Assembly (NCBI GenBank): GCA_001724265.1
Contig: MEDY01000237.1
Span: forward strand, 1-64,000
Length of the DNA stretch: 64,000 nt
Direction of reading: 5' to 3'
Source: Rhizaria sp. SCN 62-66
Taxonomy: Eukaryota
Within the stretch, counting starts at the first letter, position 1. The number at the start of each line of letters is the position of its first letter. Shown here piece by piece: positions 49,180-59,542 of the stretch. The translations under genes were made by a program, and so were the position numbers. The notes beneath the pieces were generated by a model. It saw only the letters and a program-made list of their open reading frames with translations, had not been told where the DNA came from and did no database searches.

Positions 49180-50750
49180 TTAGACGGCCTTCTTGCTGGT
49201 CACACGGCCGCCGAGCTTGCGGCGCGTCGGCAGGCCAACACGCACATACTCGTCCCCATCATCAGCCGCCGCAGCGGCCGCAGCGGCAGCAGGGGCAGCA
49301 GTCGCCGTGTTGTCAGCGACTGCAATCACAGCGGCCTCCGCCTTGCCCTAGACCTGCGTCAGCGGGGGCGCGTCTATGACAGCGGCAGCAGCGGCGGCGG
49401 CAACGCGCTTGGGCCCCAGCGCGGGACTCGTGCCGCGGCTGCTGCCGACGGTGCTGGTCGAGTTGAGCGGCTCGTTGTCCTCGTGGTCCGAATCGCCCTC
49501 GTACTCGGCCGCGCCCGCGCTGTGCGGGTCCGTGCGCACCATGCGGATGAGGATGCGGAACAGCAGCGCAAACCACCAGATGTGCAGCACAAACAGCAGG
49601 ATGAGCAGCAGGTTGCAGATGACGCCCGAGACGTAGAAGCGCGTGTACGCGGGCGTCCAGTCGCCGAGCGCGGCGACCATGCGCGCGGCCATGGCGTGCG
49701 TGCCGTCGGGGAAGGTGAAGTCCATCGTGCGCTGCAGCGAGGGCAGCGAGCCCTGGCCGATAATGAAGAAGGGGAAGACGTAGAGGCGGAAGTAAACCCA
49801 CATAACCATGGTCATGGTGTAGGCGAGCTCGACTATGTACAGCCCAGGCTTGCCGTCGAGGTGCAAGTAGTTGCTCATCTTGAGCGTGTCGATGCCGATG
49901 TCCGAGATGTCGTGCACAAACAGCACGATCGCGCCGACCTTAAAGTTGTTGTCGGCGTACGCGAGACCGACGAGGCCGATGGTGGCCAGGTGGTGGATGT
50001 ACATGACGAAGTAATCCTTGTGCGCGTGCGCGTCCGAGTTGAAGCGGTGCGAGATGCAGGTGAAGATCCAGATCGCGATCTGCGTCACAAAGAGCAGGCG
50101 CAGCGACGTCTTGGGCACGAAGTCGACGGGGTTAGGGTAGAAGCACATCCAGGGCTTCGACAGCCAATCCTCGTCGTGGAGCACGTAGATCTCGAAGATG
50201 ACCATGCTGGCGTGGATAACGAACTGCCAGGCTGTGCCGACGAACTTGGTCCGCGCGGCGCGCTTCTTCAGGGGGTGGTTAAACGGAGCGTCGCGGAGAA
50301 CGTACCCAGAGAAGTAGTCGTGCATGACGGTGTTGCAGAACCAAGTGGTGGCCTTGACGGCGAGGGCCGTCACGCCGAACATGGCGAGGAAGTAGTAAAA
50401 GTCGAACTGGTTGGTGGTGAAGATGGTATAGGCGATGGCCATCGTCTCGAAGAAGAACGTCGTCGTCAGAATCGCGTCGCCTGCAAAAAAGAAGGCAAAT
50501 GGGGGAAAACGTGAGAGAGTGAGAACAAACGGCGAAGAAAGATGTGGGGGTATAGCAAGGCGAGAGAGTTTTAAACGGACGATACGAGTTTGAACACAGC
50601 TGTTGACGACGGGGCGAAAAGGCGGTTTACCGAGAGCAGAAATGCAGTGAACGCACGAGGAATGCACAGCGTAGTTAGAATGTGGGACGTACCAGTGCGC
50701 GACGGCTTGTAGACACCACGCTTGGGGCGGGGCGGGCCCTGGCGCATCAT
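49180..50750 (-). CDS. Ceramide synthase (TLC/Lag1p family), paralog C; exons 50750-50693, 50480-49180; in-frame TAG at 49348-49350
   Basis: TLC domain closely similar to paralog B. After the TAG the frame continues 55 codons to VGLPTRRKLGGRVTSKKAV-TAA, matching the paralog B C-terminus. Confidence 0.88.
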
Positions 50751-51454
50751 TGTATCAAGTGAGCTATTCGTTCGGGCAAAGAAGGCAAACGTTCGGAGGG
50801 ATAATTGTGGATGTCACTCGTTAGAAATGAGGCATTCTTGTATGTTTCAGATTAGGTATATGAAGCTTGTACGTAAAAACATAGACGAAATCCTCTAAGG
50901 AGTCGCGGTTAGATGCGCGGCGCCCCCGAAAGTTGCAACCTCGAATCGCGCCCACAGTTAAAGCCTCGCTTTGGCTACGAACATGATCCTGCTCTGAAAG
51001 CTATAAGCTGACACACTCTATAAAATAAAATGTGTAACCCCGCTCTTCGCGTATGCGTACAATGTGTTATGGTTCAGAACTGTCGTTTGTGCGAGTCAGC
51101 ATATCGCTCGTTCGAACGGCTGAGCAACCACCCGCGCGAGGGGCCGCGTCACTATCACCGAGCCAGTTCGGGAAGGACTGGGGAAGCGGGTTCGGCAGAG
51201 CTAACAACTTGAAAACAAGTCAAGTGCATGGTTACTGTTGCAAATTCATTGTCACTCGCATTTTCCTTGTCACGAGATAACATATCGACAAAACAAACAC
51301 TCTGTTGGAGCTTATTCTGTGTGCGATATATGCCTGTAAATCGTTCGATGTGACCAGAGCGCACGTGTAACAACTTGCTGTATATCCAAATAAATAGTGT
51401 TTATTGATAAATATGGATCAAATGAACGTGTTTTGCTTCTATGCGCAAGCTATC

Positions 51455-54400
51455 TTACATCCACTCGAGCGCGAAGTCGGCGACCTTGCCGCTCTTGCTC
51501 TCGTCCACCGGCGCCCCAGTCAGCATCGTCTCGCGCTGCGCCTGGCCCGCCGCGAGCGCGTCCTCGCTCAGCGCCGACGCCAGCCACGGCACGAGCTCCT
51601 TGAGCTGCGGCTTGACTTCCTCCGCGCTGGGTGGGTTGACGATAAACATGCCGGAGCCGATGGTGAAGCCAGAGCTATTGGTGTAGACCTCCGCCACAAC
51701 CGCGGTGTCCTTGGCTGCGGCAGCAGTCGCACGGCCTCCGCCGCGGCTGGGATCGGCAGCAGAGTCAAGCTCGAAGCCGCGCAGCGCGCGCACGGCAGTG
51801 GGACCCAGTAGCTTCGCCGCCGCACTCTCATCCAGCTCATCATCATTGACAGCACCAGCAGCACTGTGGGTGACACGGTTGTTCCTGTCGTTACTGTTGC
51901 TGTTCCTGTCGTTGTTCTGAGAGAAGCGGCTGTGCTGTCCGCTGTTGGCACCGCGGTCGAAGGCCCGCTTGGACGCCGCCAGCGCGCCGACCTGCTCGCC
52001 GCGCGCGCGCGCCGCGTCGCCGAGCCCGTTGAGGTTGTCGGCGGAGCGTAGCAGACGCTGGACCTCCTCGCTCGTGGCGACGCGCCGCGCGAGGTCCAGG
52101 AACAGGTCGCGGTGGCGGTGCCGCGGTAGCGCGTCAAAGGCGCGGATGAGCGTGCTCTCGTACACGCGCTCGTTGGCTGGCGTGCGGCGGTCGGACGACG
52201 CGGCCTGCGCGGCCTTGATCAGAGCGCGGGTTTCGTCGGCGGGTAGGAAAGACTTGATCTCCTCCTCGAACTCGTCTTCGTTCTTATCAACCTCACTTTT
52301 CGCGTTCTTAGAAGACGTTGCGCTGTGATTACCGTCAGCCGCAGCATTAGAAAGCGCGGCCGCGTTGTCGCCAGAGTACCACTCGCGTGCCCGCTGCGCC
52401 TCGGCCCTGCGCTGCGCGGCGACGCCAGAGCGCTCGTCGTCGAGCGCCTGCTGCGCGCGCCGCTCGTGGTCCGAGGCGCGGACGGCCTGCGCGCGCGCGA
52501 GCTCTGACTTGAGCAGCGCGCCGGGCCGCAGAATGGGATACCACACGGCGACGCACGCAGAGGGCCACTGCGTGAGCGTCGAGCGCAGGGAGGCGAGGAC
52601 CGAGGCGAATTCGTGCGCGCCCTCGTACGCGGGGTCAATCAGCACCAGCCCAGGCGGCGCGGCCGGGACGGTCTCCCACTCGCTCGCGGCCGCAGAACTA
52701 GAGTTGGCGGCAGTCTTCGTGTTCGCGAAGTTCTTGGTGTTGCTAGTGGGAGACTTGCGGGCCTTGCGCACGGTCAGTCCGCGGGGGTTGTCCTCCTGCA
52801 TTTCGCGGTACACGCGGGCCAGCCGCTGCAGCAGGTGCAGACCGTTCTTGCGCGCCACCGCAGTGCCGGAAGTCAAGCCGCCTACAACATAAAAGAAAGA
52901 TAAAGTCGAGTACACGTGAGATAACTAAGTAAAATAATTATAACAATGCGTGAAAAATTCGTTATTATGTTGCAATTTTAAGAAATAGTTGAACATATTT
53001 CGAAACATGTTGACAAATGTGCAGTTTCGTGTGATTTTTGCTACGTCACGTACCGGGCATATGGGGGCCGAGCAGGAAGCGCTGCAGGGCCTCGCGGCGC
53101 GCCGCGCGCACGGGGGCCGCGTCTGTCACGCCGCCAGGGGCGCTACGGGCGCCGTCGGCGTCGGCAGCCAGGGAGGCGAGCGCGCCGCTGTCTGTGCGCA
53201 GGCCGCGACCGGTGCTTGTGCTGCGAGTGTTACCGCCGTTGAACCAAGAGGACGCGATAGGGGCGGAAAGAGGATCGCGGGGCAACTCGTTCATATCACT
53301 GTTGCTCGCGATCGCGTTCTCGTTCACCGCGGTGACTGAGCTGACGCCGGCGCCCGCGATGCTCACGGTCACCTCGCCGTCGTTCTCGCCCTCACTGCCG
53401 CCGTCATTGCCGTTGCTGGCATCGCGCTGGTGGTGGAACTGCGTGTCGCTGCCCGCGCGCCCCGGTGCGAACCGCTGCGCGTGGTCAGTGAAGGTGTCCG
53501 CCAGACTGGGGTTAGCGTAATGCTCCAGCAGGCGCGCGAACTCGGTCGTGTGCAGCTCCGACAGCAGCACGCGGTCGCGCCCCGGCCGCGCCAGCGTCGT
53601 AAAGAGGAACGGCGACGACGGCACGCGCTGCAGCGGCGCCGTCACCGGCAGCGCCAGCGGCGCGAGAGACCGCGCGCGCGGGGGCAGCTCGGCAACGTGC
53701 TGCGCGAAGTCGGCGCGCAGCGACGCCAGCACGGCCGCGCGCGGGCGCTGCGGCAGAGTGAAGGGTGACGGCAGCGCATCGTCAGTGGGCTCCCCGGGCG
53801 CGCGCGTCGCAGCAGAAAAACCCGCGCGCAGGCGGGCGACGGCCGTGGCCGCGGGGTCGCCCTTGACGGCGGGCACCTGCGCGCCGGCCTCGGTCGCGGC
53901 GGCCGAGGCGGCGGCGGCCAGCGCGCGCGCAGCCGCAGCCAAACCCATCGCGCCGCCAGAGCCAGCGCCAGTGTCAGTGCCAGCGCCAGTGCCAGTGTTG
54001 CGAGAGGGGATGTTTGCAAGGCGGAGCGCGGCCGCGATGGACGCGTCGGCCGCGGTGAGCGGGTACGTGCCCTGCGCCAGCAGCTCGATCTTCTCGCCCA
54101 CAGTCACGCGTAGTGCGGACCGGCCCAGCGGCGGCAGCAGCGCCGCGGGCGCGCGCGCCGCCACGGCCTCGGCGTCTTTGGCCGCGACGGCCGCGGCAGC
54201 GGCGGCGGCCTTGCGCGCCGCGGGGGGGCCCGAGCGCGCAGCAGCCTGCGCGGCGGCCTGAGCGGCGGTGGCGGCGGCGGCGGCCGCGGAGGCCGAGTGA
54301 CGCGTGTCGTTGAGCGGGGCCGTCTCCAGCACCAACGCGCCCCCGCGCGCAGCGGCCGCGCTCGCGCTGAAGGCGGCGCTGCTGTCAGCGTTGGCCGCCG

Positions 54401-55903
54401 TGGCCGCAGTGGGATAGGGCGCGGGAGCGTAGGTCAGGGCCTCGTCCGCGAGGGTGTACCGCGCAGACGACACATACCGCAGGTCCGGGAACGCAGAAGG
54501 CTCATACGCGTCCTGGCCCTGCTGCTGGAGCTGCAAGGGGGAGAGGCCGGCGCTAGCGGCGGCGGACGCGGCGGCCGTGGCGGCGGTGTCGGCCAGCGTC
54601 GTGTGGCCCGTGATCTGCGCCTCCGCGTCGAGGCGCCCGTCAGCAGCGAACGGCAGCGTGGCCGCCAACCGCGCGCGCTCGGCCGCGACCAGGCGGGCCG
54701 CGGCGGCGCTGGCGCGGGCGCTCTCGCTCTCCGCGGCCGCGCTCGCCGCATCGCCACTGTCGTAGCCGTCGCTGTTTGCGTGACTGCTGTGGGCGCCAAG
54801 AGGGGAGAGCGAGGTGCGCAGGCGCGAGTGCGACTGGTACATGGGGAACTTGCGCTCCGCCGTGGCGCGGTTACTCAGCGCGGCCTCGGAGGCGGCGGCC
54901 CAGGGGTCCGCGGCCGCGGCAGACGCGCCGAACGCGAGCACGTTCCTTGGCGAACTCGCACTCGCAGGCGAAGGCGATGGCGATGGCTTGGCAGGAGCAC
55001 TGTCGCGGTCAAAGTTGCGGCCTAAACTGCTGTTTGCGTTCGAGCTCGAGCCGTATGGGGATGACTGTGAGCGCGATGCGTTCTTGTACTCATGATCACG
55101 AGTGTTCTTGTGGCTGCCGGCGTTGCCGAACTTCTTGGTGGCGGAGCCCGTCTGCGAGGGCGAGTGCGCGTGCGTGTGCGGCCGCTGCAACTGCTGGCGC
55201 TGCTGGGTCTTCTGCTTCTGCGCCAGCTGCTGCCAAACGTTACCCACGGTCGCCTGCCCCTGCTCACGGTCACTGTCACGCTCACGGCCGCTGTCGCGGT
55301 CACCGTCGCGGTCGCGGCCGGAGTTGTTGCGAGCGTTGTAGCTCATCTCACGCGAAGCCTCTGCATTCACTGCACTGGCCTCGCTGTTGGAGACAGGGTT
55401 ACTGTGAGCGTGAGTGAAGCGGGGCATCAGCGCCATCGAGCGGGCCCTGCGCGTGAGGCTGAGGCTCGCCGACTGCGACAACAGCGCAAGCCGCGACGGG
55501 GACGCGCGCATGGCCAGCCACTGCCCGCCCAACGGCCCACGCGCACCGAGAGTCGCGGCGGCGGCGGTTGTGGGGAAGGCAGAACGGGCGGTGACGGCGG
55601 CGGCGGCGGCGGGAGGGAAGATGCGCGCCGCGGCCGCCGAGGCGGACTCACGGCCACCGTGGCCCTGGCCCTGGCCCTGACCGTGGTTGTGGCCGTAGGT
55701 GTAGGGGCGGGACGCGGCCGAGGCGTAGCCGCGCTTGACGAGGGTGAAGTACGGCGACAGCTTCGTGCCGACCGCGGGCCTCTCAGCCGCAGCAGCATGA
55801 GCTGCAGCGGGGGCCGAAGCAGAAGCAGAAGCGGCAGAAGCAGAGATAGAGCTAGAGCCGGAGCTCGCGCTGTTGCCAGAGCTGCCACTGCCACTGCTAT
55901 TGC

Positions 55904-55943
<40 letters not shown>

Positions 55944-58900
55944 AGCAGAGGGCGGCTTGCGCCAGGAGTTGTCGATGCGCTCGTGGGACCGCAGAGAGGA
56001 CTCGTTGCGGGCGCGCTGCTCACGGTCACCGGAGCCGAAGCGCGGCTCACGGTCACCGAACCGCTGCTCACGGTCACTCGAGCGGGGGCGCTGTTCGCGG
56101 TCGCCGCGCATGTTGCCGCGGTTGGTGTGGGACGGAATCGAGTCGGCCTCGGCGTTGTGCGACGAAGGCCAGCTCGCCGCTGCAGGAGAACGGCGCTGAT
56201 GCTGCGGCTGCTCACGGTCACGAGGACCACGCGGCTCACGGTCGCCAAAGCTGCGTTGCTCACGGTCACCGCCACGGTCACCGCCACGGGGACTGAACGA
56301 GCGCTGCTCACGGTCACCCGAGCCGCGCTGCTGCTCACGGTCACTAGGACGGTCACGGGGACCACGCTGCTCACGGTCAACAAAGCCGCGCGTACCTTCA
56401 CGCGTGCTCTCACGCGTACCGTCGCGCGTACCGTCGCGCGCACCGTCGCGCGCATCGTCGCGCGCACTACGCTGCGGCTCTGAGCGGCCCTTGGGGCTCA
56501 TGCCGCCCCAGCGGCCGTGCTCGAACGGCAGCCCCGCCTTGGCGGCCGCGGCCGCGTCTCCTGCGCGCGCCTGCCCGCCCCGGTACTCCCGCTTCCCGAA
56601 CGCGGCGGAACCATCACTACTGCCGCTGTTGTTGCTGTTGTTGCTGTCAGTGGAGGGCGCTGAGGTGCCGAAGGGCGAGCGGAAGCGGTCCTCGCGCTCG
56701 GCGTCGCGCAGCGCCCCGCGTGCGCGGGCCTGTGTGCGCGCCGCGGCGGCCTGCAGCGGCGACAGACGGCGCGTGTCGACGCCAGCCAGCTCGACGTCGC
56801 CGTCTTCGTCATCGTTGGTATCGTGGGTATTGGGATCACGGCCGTAGCTGTTGTTGCCGCCAGCAGCGGCGGCGGCGGCAGCGGCGCGGCGCAGGGCGGT
56901 GTGGTAGCCCTTGTCCTTTGAGCTGATAAGCTCCTCGCCCAGCAGCGCGTCCAGCCGCGCCTGCCGCTGCCACGCGGGGCCGGAGCCCAAAGCGTCGTGG
57001 TCGAGATCGGCCAGCTCGAGCAGGCCCAGGTCGTCGTCGTCGCCGTCAGCAGTGTTGCCCTTGCCCTTGCCGCTCTTGCCAGCAGCACTGTGGTTGCTGA
57101 CAGGGGCACCGAACTCCCAGTCGCGGCCCGCGCCAGGCCCGGCGCCGTCGCCGCCGAACGCCCCCGCGCCGCCCGCGCCCGCGCCCACCGCCGCCGCCGC
57201 GGCCGCGGCCGCAGGGGAGAGAGGGAGCAGCGCGTCGATGACAGCCTGCGCGCGCGCGGCGTCGGGGCTCAGGCCCGCGGCCGCCGCCACGGAGGCCGCT
57301 ACGGCTGGGGTGAGGGCGCCTCGGTCCACGGCCCCGCCGCTGGTGAGGCCGGAGAGCGTGGAGACCGCGGGCGCGGGGGCGGGGAAAAAGGACGCGTGGC
57401 CTGCCGAGGCCGTAACCGTAACGGCGGAGGCCGAGGAAGGATACACGGGGACGGCGGCGGCCTCGCTCCGCAGCAGCAGCGCCGCCACAGCGCTCTCATC
57501 CTCCGCCCCCGCCCCCGCCCCGCTACTATGGGAACCCGTGGTGGAACTCGTGGTGGCGATGGCGGTGGCGCCGTAGAGCTCGTCCTCGAGGACGGCGACG
57601 GGCCCGCCTGCGGCCGCGGCGCCGCCCCGCGCCGCGGGCCCCGCCGCCCCCCACACTGCGCCCGCGGCGGCGGCGCGCAGCGAGTGCGGCACGGCGGCGA
57701 CGTGGCCGAACTGCCCGCCGTCGTTCTCGCGGCGCGCGGCGCGGCGCTCAAGCCCGCGCAGCTTGTACGGGTGCGCCGTGCGCCGGTCCGCGTCCGACAG
57801 CGGGAGCGCGTCGGGATCCGGCAGCTCGGCCAGAGTCGACAGCGCGGGGGCGCGGTTGGCCGCCGAGAGCAGCGCCAGGTAGGGCGCCAGGGAGGGCGGC
57901 AACGGGAGGTGGCGGTGCATGTAAGCCGCGAGGGGCGCAGTGGACGGGGAGTGCGCGTAGAGTAGGGAGGCGGGGGGCGCGGGCAGGTGGGACGCAAAGT
58001 CTGCGCCTGCACTCTGTGTGTTGTTGGCGCGACGGCTACCCTTGCCCTTGTCGTCTGCCGGCAGAGAGCTGGAGGAGTCAGAGGGGTCCGTGTTAGACTT
58101 CGAGCTACTCGAGTCAGCGCTCTGCGCCTGTGCGGCGGAGGAGGAGCTTGACGGCGCAGGCGCGATGCCGTGGAGCGAGAGCATCGAGCGGTGCACGGCA
58201 TCCACGTACGCCGGGTCCGGCGGCTGCGACAGCAACGGCGTCAGCGCCAGCGCGCGCGCCACCGCCGCCGCGCGGGCCTCGGCCGCAGTCAAGCCGGTCG
58301 AGGCGCTGGCGTGGGCGGTCGCATTGATGCTGCTGTTGCTGATGCTGTTAGAGAGATCGCTGCTGGCATGCCCGCCGCCGTCGCTACCGGCTGAGGACAC
58401 AGCCTCTAGCAGCGCGGCGCGCGCGTGAAGGCGCGGGACGAGCGGCGCGCCGGCGGCGGGCACGGCCCAGCCCTCGCGGTGCGGCGCGGCGTCGTAGAGG
58501 TCCGACGCGGGGCTGTGCAGCGGCAGGTAGAGCGCGGTGTGCGAGGCCAGGGGGAACGGCAGCGGGCCGTGGGGGGACGGGAAGGGAGACGAGCCGTCGC
58601 ACACGCGCCCCGCGCCCGCGCCGGAGCCAGCAGCAGCGCCAGAGCCAGAGTCAGCGGCGGCGGCGGCGGCAGAGGCGGAGCTTGGAGGGCTCGAGCGTGC
58701 AGTCGTGTTGGCGGCATTGGCGTTGACGATGGGGGGCACTGGGTTGAGGTACGACAGACGCGTGATGTGGGGGTTCTGCGCCGCGATGCGCGCGATATCG
58801 TACACGCGACCCACGCCCGCGCGGTACTCCTTGCGCTTGGCGGCAAAGTCTGACGTGAGGTCGTAAGCGCCGCCGGGGCCCGAGTGTGTGTCGATGAAAA

Positions 58901-59030
58901 GGACGCCGTGTCCGTGGCGGCGCAGCGACTGGCCGACCAGCAGCGCCAGCGTGGCGTGCTTAAGCACGTCGCCATGGTTGCCCGCGTGGAACAGGTGCCG
59001 GTATGACAGCGGCTGGCGGCGGAGGGCCAT
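51455..59030 (-). CDS. rlmJ: RlmJ-family (bacterial 23S rRNA A2030 N6-methyltransferase-like) protein, about 2467 aa; exons 59030-53054, 52881-51455
   Basis: RlmJ blocks occur in order: LSYRHLFHAGNHGDVLKH, IDTHSGPG..YDL…EY..GV, LAPYL, VPSSP…RPGRDRVLLSELH, GLVLIDPAYE…WP…VWYPI and GSGMFIVNPP…LVPWL. One GTACGT…TAG intron; TAA stop. Confidence 0.85.
56015..56465 (-). repeat. Coding tandem-like repeats (GDREQR/DREPR and RDGA/RDGT) inside the RlmJ-like insertion
   Basis: The plus-strand unit gctcacggtca(c) recurs many times between about 56015 and 56380, followed by 12-nt cgcgtaccgtcg-like units. Confidence 0.75.
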
Positions 59031-59542
59031 GGGCGGACAACGAGGCGCGCGGCTGGAGGGCGTGAGGCGTGGGGAAGTTTGTTTCTAAGGGGTGAAAAAA
59101 AGGGAGACTCTGGAGGTATAGACGGAGTGTGGGTGAGAAAATAAAAAGAAAATGACATGTTTAAGAGAAATAAAGTCGTAAAATCGTAGAGCCAATGTTA
59201 TCATCGGAAGGTTAGTGGTCGAAAATGCGAAAGACCGGTGCTGCAACAAGGTCCGACGTTGGATGCGGCCGCGGTCTGAGTGAGGCGAGGTGCTCACTCG
59301 ATCGCCCAACAAAACACGATGCATCTCCGTGGATACGCAATTAAAGTGGGATATTACTAATAGAAGTTGAATTTATTTTTATACTTTTCCCTTGTTATCT
59401 TTATCTCACCTCTATTGACGGATGCCTCCCTTCTTTACTTCCACTTTTCTTATTGCGTTCGCAGAGTTCTCTCAGCTTAACTATCTACCTTATCCGACCT
59501 GCCTGCTCTCGCCAGCGCATCTCAACAGTCGCCTGCGCCACA

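Noticed and set aside
49180-49350. Pyrrolysine or selenocysteine-type recoding
   Set aside because: Sec uses UGA, and Pyl is known only from archaea and bacteria. The TAGs lie in unconserved linkers rather than catalytic sites, and I saw no shared downstream element.
55260-56465. Repeats with variable spacers resembling a CRISPR array
   Set aside because: The units are short, degenerate and in frame within a eukaryotic CDS encoding DREQR-like peptides; no cas genes are present.
51455-59030. Bacterial contamination, or an intein or mobile element explaining the RlmJ gene
   Set aside because: The gene has a host-type GTACGT intron and host codon style. The insertions are low-complexity, with no intein, transposase or reverse transcriptase motifs and no terminal repeats seen.
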